From the NCBI GenBank assembly GCA_001938485.1, contig MQRK01209772.1:68756-117913 (forward strand): a stretch of 49,158 bases of DNA, given 5' to 3'. The DNA is from Girardia tigrina (Eukaryota). The notes below the pieces were generated by a model. It worked only from the letters and a program-made list of their open reading frames with translations, was not told the DNA's origin and did no database searches. Both the position numbers and the translations under genes were made by a program. This document shows, piece after piece, positions 25,381-38,592 of this stretch; the first letter of the stretch is position 1, and every line of letters begins with the position of its first letter.

Positions 25381-26377
25381 TCTTTTGCTGGGGGGACAAC
25401 CCTATACTTTAGAATGAGAAATCATCGTCCAATCTTCTTTGTAGCTCTTATTTAACTACTGTTACAAGCTTTACTCTTACAAGTTGTATATTTGATAATA
25501 ATTATTTAGACCGTAAAGTAGTAAAACTAAGAAAATTGTACCACAGTCGAATAACCTAAATATCAAATTCACGTTAAATTAAAATACAAGTTCAACATTA
25601 TGTAGCTTTACGACTTTAGCGTACTTTATTTATTCAGTGTAATAAAGTCCCATTAATTAGAGGAGAACTGGAATAAATATATATGAATTTCAAAAACATA
25701 GTAAACAACCCACTTTTTATGAAAAAGATACCATTTTAGCTCCTTTCCACTCAAAACAAAAGTTTATTCATAAAACAAACAGTTATAAGCTTCTTTTGAG
25801 ATAAATGACTCAATTGTTCTGAATGTGTTATTAATGAAAATATAATGTTATAAATACACTTTCTTTGAAGAGAAGATGTTTAATTAAAATTACATTTATG
25901 TTAATTTAGGTAAACCTCTTTTTCTTATGAACAATTTGATAAAAGTAGATGCACGTTTTTATAGTCTCTCTTTCTTTTATCAATTTTGTAAGATTAATCA
26001 AAACTCACAACCTCCTTACAGACATTGTCGGTCAAAACCAAAAACAATTAAAAATCAAAACCTTTTAATAATGAAATCTAAAGTATTTATAAACATTTTA
26101 ATTTAAAGTATAATGAAAATGTGTTTGCATAAAAATGTTCAATGATTAAAGAAAATGATCAATTATTTTCAATATATTTTATTTTATACTTTATACTTTA
26201 TTTTCAATTAACTACAAGCAAATATAGATAGATTCATTCAACAGTATTTTAGTTTGTAACTTTGATCTTAACATGATTGTATTAAATTTTCCTGCTTCGA
26301 CTTTACTGGTTACGTGTGTAAGGAAGTTTTTTTTTGAAAAAGGGTTTAAGGGCTGGACAGGATGCCGTGTCTCCATG

Positions 26378-26915
26378 TTTTGGAAATAGAAGAACTGTTT
26401 GTCAATTCATCATTTAAAGCACTCAGAGATTCTCCTCGTTGAATTTCATCGTTAATGCTTTTCACCATAATTCTTTGAATATCATTCAAATTAGAATTAA
26501 TTTGATTAAAAGTATATTGGTGTTCGGGTGTCTATATATTTCTTTAGTAAATTTTGAATATCTTTATCGAACTCAATAAATGCATACGGTCTCGATGCAA
26601 TTTCAAATTTACTGCCATATTTATTATTGAACTCATAGGATATCTCTTTCAAAAATTCAAATCCAAATGCTCTTGCCTTAGAGAATTCATTCTCAGTTAA
26701 AACGATACAACAAATTTCTCTATCAATTAAATCATGAAACATATGTAGATCACTTTATATCAAACAAATTGAATGAGATAAATTAGGTATTTTCCTAAAC
26801 AATAGTTTCACTTGATTTCGATAATTATTTACACTTTTAACAATTTTTTCATCGTTTATTTTTAAATTTGTCAGCAAGGTAATTATTAAGTTTACGTAGA
26901 ATTGAAAATGAAGAC
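26378..26915 (-). pseudogene. SEC22: SEC22B-like longin R-SNARE pseudogene, intronless
   Basis: YRNQVKLLFRKI, MFHDLIDREICCIVLTE, SRPYAFIEFDKDIQNLLKKYIDTR, then after a frameshift INSNLNDIQRIMVKSINDEIQRGESLSAL; one stop, frameshifts and an ~85-bp insertion near the 3' end. Confidence 0.9.
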
Positions 26916-26929
26916 GAAATTATTTTCCA

Positions 26930-27531
26930 ATTTCATTCAAAATTTCTTTGAATTCATTTATTTTCATTTTTATTTGTAAACAAAGACACTGAATACTTTA
27001 ATTCACCTTTTTTTAACCGAAATTGTTTTTTTTGACAAAATTTACATTTTTCAAAAACACACGCACACTCAATTCACCAATCATCACAATCATTACACAC
27101 ACAAACAGGCACACGACATTCCTGTACACACACGCAATCATATTGGCAGAGTGAGAGTTAATTAAAAAACAAAAAAAGGAGGCTCATTATTTATTTTAAT
27201 ATCGGTTTTTGAAAATGAGCTTGAATCACCCATTTGAACACACTGAGAGTTATTGAATTGAATTGTCGTGATGTTGGAATAAAGAGATCTCTATTTGGCT
27301 TTATTTTGCGAGAGAGAATTGTTTGAATTTGACAATTAAAAACTCAATTCTCATTATTTAATCATGTTTAATTATTTATTTTATTTATTTATTTTAATCA
27401 TTTTAATTACTTTATTTATTTAATTTCTTTTTCATTTATTTAATTTATTAATTCAATTTATATATTTTATTTATGAATTCCTGAAACTGGCAAAAATGTT
27501 CGGTCAAATCAGCAATTCTCCGCTCCAAGGG
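26930..27531 (-). mobile_element. piggyBac-like terminal/leader segment, copy 2, with intact TTAA|CCC end
   Basis: Forward ...TTCGGTCAAA...CGCTCCAAGGG|TTAA (TTAA at 27532-27535); colinear homology with 12921-13550. Confidence 0.7.
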
Positions 27532-28331
27532 TTAAAGTTCTATATAAAATGCTTTTACTTATTAATCTATTTAAAAAAATATTTTTATTAAATTAAAAGA
27601 ACCCGTTATTTCTTTGTATCTCTCTTTTTCATAAATTATAATTTATTAATGAAATAGAACATTATATCACTGGAAGTTTATGGTGTCTCTGGAGTCCAAT
27701 AAATTTGATCCAGCACCGTCAAAAAATAATAAATAATTTTTTTATAACAATTTTTATAATCATTTTTTAAAGTAAAATTTTATTTATTTTGACTTAACCT
27801 GAGGTAAATCATTATTTTTATTCTATAATCTTTAGATTTTCTTTGATAATAATAATGAATTTATTAATACAAAGAAATTTTACTTATTAATATTAATAAA
27901 ACGTTTCATTATCATTATCACCTTAAGGCATTTATCTAAATTAATTTAATAATTGCTTCATTTAAAATGAGATTAATATATTATCTCTCGTTTAACATGT
28001 TACGTTTTAAAATTTTTATACTTTAAAAAATAATAATAAAAATCAAGGATTATAATTACTAAAATTTTAGGTATAATCTCTTAAAAACAAGATTAGACAT
28101 AAACAAGAAAATAGACATTTAGAAATATTCAAGAACCTTTCCTTCGTCGAAATCGATTTACTATTTATCATAAATATTTTAAGGAATATAAAGATGTTTT
28201 AAATATTTAATCAAAGATTTGATACAATAATTATTTTTATTGTATTTTTAATGTGCTATTTTTGTATAATGATTAAGAAATAATATTAATATTTTATGAC
28301 ACACATTTATTTCTAATCAAAAGATAATCAT

Positions 28332-29003
28332 TAGGGTCCACAATTTACCACAGCAAGAAATGATAAATCCCGCGATATACCGTGGTGTGTTGTGTGTTAC
28401 TCTGGAAAATTATACAAACAAATAATAATACCAGTAAAATAAATTTATATTCTTTTTTCTATTCTTATTTCTATTCATCAGTCAATCACAATAAATATTC
28501 AAAGAAGTATATCAAAACATTTACATTTTATTTATTGTTAAAAAACTGCACTGTAAGCTCGAAGGTTTTCTTGTGATAGAGAATATCGCAATGGTGACAG
28601 CGACAGCCCATATTTTGAGGAAGAACGTTCCACATCAACAGAAGAGATCGACAGTGCTAGGTAAACTTTACCAAGTGCTGCTAAACAAGACAGTCTGTCC
28701 GGTAAAACACTTGATTTACTTCACGAAATAAAAAATATTGCATACAATTACTTTTTACGTTTGATTATTTAATCCCAATATTAATATTTTAATAATTTCT
28801 ACAACGGAAATTTAATTTTAATTATTAATTACTGCTGCGGAATTAGCCTTCCAGTGCTGAACAAAAATATAAATGCATTTCTTTAATAAATTTATTAAAA
28901 AATACATTATTACTTTTTTGCAGAGCTTGTAGGCCGATTCCGCGGCGTGCCATTTCTTTTTCTCAAAACCATAAATTTCGCGGGTTGTGGTAAATTGTGA
29001 TTA
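28332..29003. mobile_element. hAT (Ac-like) non-autonomous element, ~670 bp
   Basis: TAGGGTCCACAATTTACCACA vs TGTGGTAAATTGTG inverted repeat; 8-bp flanks ATAATCAT / TTAATCAT. Confidence 0.6.
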
Positions 29004-29089
29004 TTAATCATACACAATATAGAATATTAAAAGGAAGTATCTTCCTTGGTCTTGGTGTTCCTTAAAATTTTAATATTTAATTAAATGTC

Positions 29090-29946
29090 AGCACAGGTAC
29101 TATACAATCACTGCTCGCGGAAACTGGAATTAGAAAATTGTGTTCACTCTTCGTGCCACAGTTTTTAACAGCAGACATGAAGGATCGGCGATTGATGTGC
29201 TGCCAGGAAAACTTTAACCTCTATGAACGTATTGGAGACCGCTTCTTACAGAATATTATGACAATGGCTGAAACGCCACTTGCTCTTTATGTCCCAGAAT
29301 CAAGATGTGAGTCTCAAGAGTGGAAGCTGCCAGGGGAAGGGTGTTCAATTTTTTTTTGTTCAAAAAAAATGTTCAAAGGTGTTCATACGTTCTTTTTTTC
29401 AACCTCTCACAAAAAAGCTCTCGTGCTCACCACTTTGGGATGCAAATGGAATGATCCTTGCTGATTTTACGGAAGCTGGTGTTCGTATCAACAGTAAATA
29501 CTACTCCCGGCTCGTGCTACAGGCCAGAAAGCTGAGAAGGAAGAGCAGAGTTTGTGAGTTATATTATTTGCACGACAAGTCGGCTGTCAATGTCACCATT
29601 TGAGGGTTGTGGCCTCACCCTGCTCTCACACCCTCCATACAGCTCGGATTTGGCGCCATCCGATTATCATGTCTTCAACCACTTCTAGTGAGCTCTCAGG
29701 GGTCATCATTTTGCTACGAAAGAAGACTTGAAGGATGCAGTCTCAAATTTCTTAGCTCAACAGCCACCGAAATTCATCGAAAAAGCCTGTCTGGACCTTG
29801 TTTTGCGCTGGAAAAAAGTTTTTGGTGTGAATGGAGATTTCTTTGAGAAATTATACCGTTATAACTTGCTTGTTATGAAAAATAAATTTCATTGGAATTG
29901 GATTATTATTTTTATGTTAGGCTCTCTACTTATTAAACACACCACG
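29090..29946 (+). mobile_element. mariner (irritans-like) 3' fragment with right TIR
   Basis: CSLFVPQFLT, QNIMTMAET...YVPESRCESQEW, YLHD, HPPYSSDLAPSDYHVF; terminus ...TATTAAACACACCACG|TA. Confidence 0.85.
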
Positions 29947-31399
29947 TATTCACAATAAACATCATATTACATCTGAGACCAAATTCTAATTATGCAAATT
30001 GGATTCAAAACAATCTACTAAAACAAAAATAGGAAGACTTCTTTTCAAAAATTTGATGTCATTTTGTACTATAAAAATCAACTGTTTCTTTATTTAAAAA
30101 ATATTTATTTTCATCTAAATATTATTAATTTTAAATGAACTCAAACTATAATATAATTTCAGAACAAAAATGCTCTCGAATAATTAAATATTTAATAATG
30201 TTAGACCCGTATTGGTAACCGTACATAAAGTTAAAGTTGACTAAAATTAATAAAAAAAGTTTTTATTTATTATGTCTCGTTTAAATTCTGTTCCTCATAA
30301 AATCAATTAGTAAATAGTTTTTCTTTTATATTTTATTTGTTGATTTTTTTTACTTTCACTATCATCATGTTTCATTAATTATTAAGGAATTATAATTACT
30401 GAAATGACTGCATATTAGTTTGGCTGGACATAATTGGTAAAACTGTTATCTAATAGAGCAAATAAAAAAATGTGAAAATTTTCTGTTTAAATTAAAACAT
30501 GTCGTAAAAACAAGTTGAAAAGTTCCACAACATGTTGCCTAACTCAGAATTTTTGTAATTTCAATGCATAAATAAAAATACGTCACGTCGGCCGTTCTGA
30601 ATAATTACTAATTACAAGTCATTTATAAGTCACATTGACTAATACGTTTTTCACCAATTGAAAAATACATAATTATGATTGGACAAAACACGCTGAATGC
30701 CGAAATATATTTTTTGCAATGCCATAATAACACTAATCTTAGACTGACCTCTCAGAAAAATTTGAATTTTAGGAAACTTAAATGTTTTGATGAAGTACTG
30801 GCACTGAATTATGCTTCCGCGTTTCTATGTTAGTATGAGTTTCTGGGACCCTAAATGCAATAGAAATACAGTGAAAGAAAAGTATGAAATTTATCATCCG
30901 CATATTATAATACCGTTAAAAGCATTGATGATTTAAAAACTCGTTAATAAATAACGAACCAACAAAAGTAATTAAGTAATATGACTAGTTTAAAAATGTG
31001 TTCTTTATTATAACTAAACATAGATACAGTAGTACACTGTGTATTGTATCAGATTAAATAAATATTTATATGAATAATAAAATATCATGTCTTATTTACT
31101 AGTTTATGTTTAAAGATTTCCTTATTTACTTTCATGTCTACGTTCACTTTAAGCATTCGATAAAAAGGAGACTTTAAAAAGTGAGCTCATGACCGATTTT
31201 GGATTTAAAAAAAATAAGTGAAGATAAAACTTAAAACGAATTTATGGAATCATCTCAAAAAGTAAAAGACAAATTACAGTTAGATTCAGAAGTATTTAAC
31301 AAAAAAGAAATACAAAAGCAGCAAAATCTATAAAATTATATTTTTCAACAAATACAATAAGTATATGCAACCCAACATCAGTCGGAATATGAGTCATAT

Positions 31400-32700
31400 T
31401 GACTCACATTACCTTGATTTGAATCATACTCGCAGATTCCTCATCCGATTCGAGATTTTCTGGCGCTGCTATCAATGATCCAATTTACACGTTCACCCCT
31501 CTTTTTTCTGAAGCTTCATCAAACCGCCATGTTTGAATACATGTATGTCAGTATCGTTTATTCCGCATGCAAGGTATGACATTTTGATAATTTCTGATGA
31601 AACCTACTTCCATCCCTCCACAATCCATTGGAAATATATCTCCGGAAATGGTGGTACAATGTTCTTTCCGGTGCGTGTTAGTTGAAGGTTTCCAGTTTAA
31701 ATCTAGTCAGTGTGTAAATCAGAAATGTTTTCTTGAAATGTTTATTTCAGGACATTTCTTCGGTTGAATGAATTTGGTACAGCCTCTAGGAACAAGTGTG
31801 ACATCCATTTTTAAAGAACGAAAAACCTTTTTTTATATTCATACTGGTATGGCATCCCAAATCGCCCCTTACAAAAAGTCGTTCTTAAAAAAGATTACAG
31901 TACATAACACGTGGGAGATAATCTTCTGTGATGTTGTCCAGTCAAATTGATGGGCAACTTTCCACTGAACTTTCTCTTGCTTTGGGGCATAAGTCGCTTT
32001 TCAATTAATGTGGGTGTTAGCTCCATTCTCCCGGGCAATCAAAACAACAGTGATATTTAGGTCGACATATCCACAATTAGAAACAGTAACATCCTTTGGC
32101 CTACTAGGGGCTAGAACGGTTGATGGGGTGGAATCAAGCCAGACAGCACTCTAGTCAGCACTAAAAATCATCATAGTTCATAGTTTTCTTTTGTTGCTTC
32201 TGGGAAATAAAGAATAATAAGAGACACAAACTTTTCTATGTAGTCTATGAGGTGACTTTTGATAAACATTTGTTGTACGACAATATAGAATGTTTTGTCT
32301 CGCCAGGAATATGTCCAATCAGTCTTTTGAAAACATCATTTTCAGCTTCTCACCAGCTGCCATTAGTCGGTTTTATCCCACAAACATTTGCGAGAAACCA
32401 AGAATTTCTTCTTAATTAATTCATCTTCTACTTCTGTTGAAGTCAGCTTCCTTCCTCCATCAGACACGCGCTCTCTATTGCTTGTTAGAGGAAAAAGTTG
32501 AGTCTCATCTTGTAATTGTTTCTCTTGATTCCTCCAGTCAATGATGAAAAATCGAAAAAATTCAAAAATGGTTGGATGCAGAGCTGTTGGAAGTCTTCTT
32601 AACATTCTTTATTACACATAACTTGATTCCAAGTGTGTATGAAGTTCTTTAACGACGATTGTTCGAAGTGAGAGTTTCCTCAAATTTATTACATCCATCT
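31400..32700 (-). mobile_element. pogo-family (POGK-like DDE_1) transposase pseudogene
   Basis: DWRNQEKQL...RERVSDGGRKLTSTEVEDELIK (DNA-binding region), SAVWLDSTP, AIWDA, KMDVTLVPRGCTKFIQP, FQWIVEGWK*VSSEIIKMSYLACGI. Confidence 0.8.
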
Positions 32701-33285
32701 TTATCTTTAATGTTGACGATGTCTATTGGTAAGACACGATAATGAATCGATATCAATCTGTCATACCAGAAAGAGAATGGTAGGTTACTGAACATGCATT
32801 TAGCTTATAAGAGATAATCAGTAGAGGCATAAAGTGAGATTATGGTAGTTGCGGGTGATGTGTTACGCATATACACATTTTTATTACTCGCGCATGATAG
32901 CCCTTCTGCTGCACTACCTCATCTGATGGTAAATATAAGATACAGAAAGTTGGATAACTCGCCCGCCATCCAACGTGTGTGTGACTGGTGAAAGAGACAA
33001 ATGTTGATTTGGATGATAATTTATTTTTAAATGTTTGTCACCAGACCTATCTAATAGAGCTCTAATTAAGCAATGTCGGTCTAATGGAACATAGTTGCCA
33101 CGCAATGCCACTTATTTGCTTTTATTTACTTTTTAAGAACGTTCTCGTAGTAAAACTGGGAATTAATGGAGCGAATGTTTCGACCAAATTTAAAATGTAA
33201 TGCTAATTCAAAGTTTTACCAAATCTAGAGCATTAATTTCTAACATAATTAATCTTAGACAGTATAAAGACAGTTTATAATTATA

Positions 33286-33314
33286 TCCGTCATACATGAC
33301 GGGTTATTTACTAG
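33286..33314 (+). mobile_element. Helitron 3' terminus
   Basis: Hairpin CCGTCAT-AC-ATGACGG, short spacer, then CTAG followed by T (33311-33315). Confidence 0.75.
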
Positions 33315-34127
33315 TATAGGGTTTTTTACATATCGCGTAAATGAGGATGCTTTACGTTTTGGTTAGGATATGGATGCCGTTTTTTGATAAAATTAACATT
33401 AAAAATATATTAGAATGGCAATAAACAACGAAAATCTAAATTCAAGATCCCACATTGATGGAATAAACAGTTAAGTCGTTAATTTTTTCAATTTATTCCG
33501 CTGAGATTTTGTTTATTTTCGTGCTGCTTTAGTAACAGTTTTTGTGTTTCAAAAGTTATTGGGAATATTAAATGTTATAAATTATTAAAACAGATATAAA
33601 GATCATGCAATTGGTGTTCAAGCAACACTTCAAGCAAAAACAAAGTCTTTAAATGACAATGATTAATGAATCCTAATTTTATTTTAAAATACAATAAACA
33701 TCTATTTGAAAAGTTATTTAAAGAATTTGAAACTTCAAAAAAACTATGTTGTTAAATTCATCTAAATTTTATTATATTTCTTAATCCCTCTCTTAAATTT
33801 TAAAACCTAAATCATCTCCATGCTTTTAGTTTATGATAGTTTCTATTGAAATAATCTGTAAAGTCAATTGTCTGTCAAATATATTTAAAAGTCTAAGTAT
33901 ACAATGTATACTTTTCAGACATTTGGACATGAACCCTGAAGAAACAATAACTACATCTAAAGCAGTCAAACTGATGTTAAAATAGAAACAATTACTAATT
34001 ACTTTTTACTTTGTTAATTTGAAAAAATAGAATTATTATTGGATGTTTAAGACTAATAAATAAAACTAAAGTAAAATAAAATAATTTGATTAAATATAAT
34101 TAATTAAATTTTTGAATTAAGAATGTC

Positions 34128-35382
34128 TGTAATTTGAGGAAAATAAATATTCCTTTGTTTGAATCGATGGACGGTCGAAGTATTTTTTTTAATTCGAAAT
34201 AAATATTTCTGCAACCGTCTTGCGTTTTGCTTTTATTACATGCTATCGCGGCAAAACTGTGATCACTCCAGAGATGGTGATTCTCTCGGTGTTGGCGGTT
34301 GCATCAAGTTAGACAGGAACCNCCGCCGAGAATCGTTCTGAGGCTATTGGGAGCAAATAGCTACTGAGTTGATCCGCGGGATCAGCAAATGGGATTCGAA
34401 GAGATCGGTGGGGAAGCCAGTCCGATCGGTTTCCGGTTGGGAGTGTTCTGGCCAGTCTGAGGGTGATGTCGAGGCTGGTGGTGTTTGCCAAAGGGATCGT
34501 GGAGGTATCGGCAGCACCGGTTGGTCGGAGGTTAAACATCGGAAGCGATTCGATGGATCAAAGGGACGGCACGATCGCGTTCGGAAACGGCAAAATAGTC
34601 TGCGTGGAGCTCAAACTTGGTCGCGGGACGCAAGCGATCCAAGAACGGGTCGCATGAGGCACGGGCATTCAAGAAGCGGATCGCGAGAGGCGTGGGCGAT
34701 CGAGAAACAGATCGCGGGAAAGCGCAGCAATCGAGAAGCGGGTCGCAGGGATTTTTTAAGGGATCGTAGATGGCGTTAAATCTGATGATCGATTGTGGAC
34801 GCATATCGCGGAGAAGAGGAAAAGTGAGTTGCTGGAGATTCGGGCGGTAAATCAGAGACAGTGCTGAAACTGGTGTCACTGGCTGAAGAAAAGCATGAGA
34901 GCGCTTATGGCAACATTGTTGAGCCGACTAGGCTTACTGTGTCTGTGAGTGAGGAGAGACGACTGATATTCCGGGGCTCCATCAGGCTTGCTCTCAAAGA
35001 AGATTCAAAACTGGCAGATAATAATTCATCAATGCCAGGGGCGAGCAATTCGAGCTAGGAAACACCAGTCTACAGTGATAGCTTTGAAGACGACGATGAA
35101 TGACCGAATGACGACCAGGTAGATGACCCGGAGTGCAGCCAGAAGCAGAGAGAAGGAGATGTGGCCAAAACGGTTCAAAGATTTAGTATGCTTCGGATTA
35201 CGGCGACCAGAGGCCAATGAAACCCTTCAGTGCACAGGTAGCGTGTGTGTGCCTTGACGACAAGGGGAGGTGTAATTCGAGGAAAATAAATATTCTATTG
35301 TTTAAATCGATGGGTGGTCAAAGTATTTTTTTAATTCGAAATAAATCTTGCTGCAACCGCCTAGCGTTTTGGTTTTATTACA
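34128..35382 (+). mobile_element. Miniature/internally deleted LTR retrotransposon (1.25 kb, 113/112-bp LTRs)
   Basis: Direct repeats TGTAAT...ATTACA at 34128-34240 and 35271-35382 (about 88% identical); PPT AAGGGGAGG abuts the 3' LTR; PBS-like TGCTATCGCGGCA; GC-rich decayed interior. Confidence 0.88.
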
Positions 35383-35416
35383 AAATCATTATCAAAGAAA
35401 TTCCTTCAAATATAAA

Positions 35417-35520
35417 TATGAGGAATATTTAAAATTGTGTGTGAATGTGATTTGTTAATTTGTGTGTGTTGAAATTGGAATTGCGAATCTCTCACTTAGT
35501 TGGAAAATTTTAGTTTTATT
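35417..35520 (+). mobile_element. Gypsy LTR family copy E (5' part)
   Basis: TATGAGGAATATTT start, motif TTGCGAATCTCTCACTTAGTTGG at 35481-35503. Confidence 0.55.
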
Positions 35521-38500
35521 CTTTTTGTGATACATGATCATACAAATAGAATTGACATTTTTATAATTAATAAAATTCATCCATTTAAAAATATATTAAT
35601 TGACAACATATTTCGAGGGATCAAACATCATCTTCAGGTCACTGATTAATAGTGCCACTTTTTTCGCGTTCACAAAAAAACACCACCAAATCGCGAAAAA
35701 TACGAAAAAGTATTATGAACATGAAATTTGGAATTTGATAATACTGCTCTTTAGCAACTTCACTTGTAGCTGTCTACAAATGAAGGTACCCTGCAGTCTG
35801 AAATTTATTTTATTGCTCGCAAATGCTCCTTTATTTGCTCCTATATTATTTAAATAATAAATAATAATATGTAATCCCTAATATACCTTTTAAAGTTAAT
35901 GCATCTATTAAAATTATTTTCAGGTAGCTGATGATTATGTATGTAAACATCGAAACATGTCCAATAATTATATAAAAAAAGCTTTTATCCATATATATAT
36001 GATCATATATATATATATATAAGATTATAAAAAAAGTGGATGACATCAATACAGAAACCGACCAAATATGTGCGTTAAACCTACGTATTCAAGAATGGCT
36101 CAACAGTCGTACCCAGCCAAAAAACACCAATAAGGAATAATGAATAATACATTAAATCAAAATTATATTCACACAATTTATATAAAATTCAAGTAATGAT
36201 TAATTTTATGTTTTAAAAAAACTTTCAGTTATGTGTTATATAATTTGAATAGGAATATAAATATTTGAATATTATATTTAACTTAATTAATTAAATTATT
36301 GGCAATAATAAGATTTCGAGTCACGGAAAACACATTAAACTCAAGTAATATATATTCCAAAGAATATAAAAATCATCATTTTTATTTTCCGGCTTTTAAA
36401 CAACCCGTTGCTTTATCAATTTAAACAGATATTGTTGTAGTTAATTTATTGAAAATGCAGTAAATAAATATAGAAGTTTATCAATCTTTATCTTAAACAT
36501 CACATTAATGTGATAAAATAAATAAATAAATAAAATATGTATGTGATGACATTAAAGGATACAATATATTTTTCCTTAATGTTTAAGATTGGCTTTCAGG
36601 TAAACTCCTGTTCTTGACAAGGTACTTTCATCCAAATTTTTGTCTATTTTCCTATTAATTGTACTTGAGAACTGAAACAGCTTGTCGGTTGTGATTACCA
36701 GACTCAGGAAATAGGCTGGATGAGATAGAATAACTCAGAAATTCGTCTAGTTGCTCTAAACATTCATAACAAACACGTATGACCAATAATAAATATAATG
36801 CAACTTAGATGATTTTTTATTTGATATCTTAAATGGTCAAACCCTGTGATATTTGTGACTAATTATGTCATTTTAAAAACATTTTATTATTTGTTTTTAG
36901 ATTCTAGTGAATATATTGAATTAGCTTTTTGGAATTGAATATAAAATCACGACAATACATACTTCGTTTTTTAGGATTACATTTTTCGGACAGATAAATA
37001 TATCTCAGCTCTCATGTACTGAAAAAGATTATAAAATTTTTTTACATATATGTTATTTATTTATTACGAAGATGTGATGTGAATCAATCTTTATATATAA
37101 AATATTTTCTTCAGTTATATTTTTTCAATTCTAAGTGGTTTTTCTTAAAAAAAAGGTCTGTCTTATTCAGAACTTCATTGAGGAGAGTAGCCTTAGTCTC
37201 TGTAATTTGTCCATTTCGAGTACCACTTTACAAATGTTGTTAACAAATTAACAAAATTACTATCGGAGATATCTCGAGGGACTATAAAACATATATCCCT
37301 GAAGTGTCAATCTAAACAAACATAGTGATCGTTTCGCAGTCCTCGGAATCGTCGAGCGAAAACATGTCGAGAATATTGCCGCCATTCACAAAGAAATGGA
37401 CTAAATTAAGTGTTCTGGCTCTGGTCACAGTTGCACAGCTTAGATAACTCTTTCATGAGGATAATCTTGAATATTCCGTCAAAGAAATGGAAAAGAATAT
37501 TTTGATTGGTAGGATCGGATAGGGTCGACGAATTATCTACGATATTTTCAATAGCGCAAGTCACAAAGTCTATTTGATTACAATCTCTCACACAATCAAT
37601 GGTCACTACATCGACCTAGTCGCATTTTGCGATGTGAAATGGTAAAAGAAACACTGACAGATTTGGAATTTATAATTAATTTTTTATAATTAATTTGTAA
37701 AATTTCGATTAAAAAAGTAATATTTTTGGTAGGGGTTTGATATGATCACTATTACTATGCGGGAATCAATTTCATCATATGATGAAATTTGGTTTTTCAC
37801 TTTGATTTACTACTTACTAACTTTCCAAAAATACAATAAATACAATAAGGTATTGTCTAACCGAGTGATTTATATACACAATAATCACAAATATAATGAA
37901 TATTTTTCTGGCTTAACCTGTTTATTTTATTTTTGAATTCATCACTTCAATGCAAAACGCAACTAGACTAAAACACAGCTTCATTAATTAGACATAATTA
38001 TTAGACAAAACTTCCTAAATTACTAAATAACATTCTTGCAAAATTAATTCTTATGAAAGAAATTTATTTTATTTATGATTTTGGAAAAAAAACATTTTAG
38101 ATTTGTTACAATTTTTACATAGTGTAACTTTATTTTCAACATCATAGCTTTCACATCTTCATATAAATAAAACAGAGTTCTTTCTCTATTTTATACTTAA
38201 AATTCGTTACTAATACTAATACGAAAATGTGTTTGGGCAATAGAAATTATGAAAATATTTTAAAAATTCAGAGATCAAATTATGATCTTGATTATACAGT
38301 CAAACTTGCCAAATATGAACACTAGTGTACCCCATTTTTCTTAAAAAAATAATTTAAAATTAATATAAATCAAGGAATAATTAAATAATAGAAATATTAT
38401 TATTTTTTGTTTATTGTTAAATAATATTGCTAAAATTATTTGAAAGGCTTCATTTTTATTGTTTCTTATTATTCCTTCATTAAAAAGGAAAAAAAGACAA

Positions 38501-38592
38501 ATATTTCATTAAATTAAAAAAATAAATAATAAAAAACACCATTTAGATCTGAAAAATTTATTAATTTGAAAAATTCCTTTTTTCGTGATATA

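Noticed and set aside
34309-35217. Several overlapping GC-rich ORFs
   Set aside because: They lie in the decayed interior of the mini LTR element; open frames are expected at this GC content.
35926-35965. CTGATGA...CGAAAC resembling a hammerhead ribozyme core
   Set aside because: Stem II does not close properly and I could not find stems I and III.
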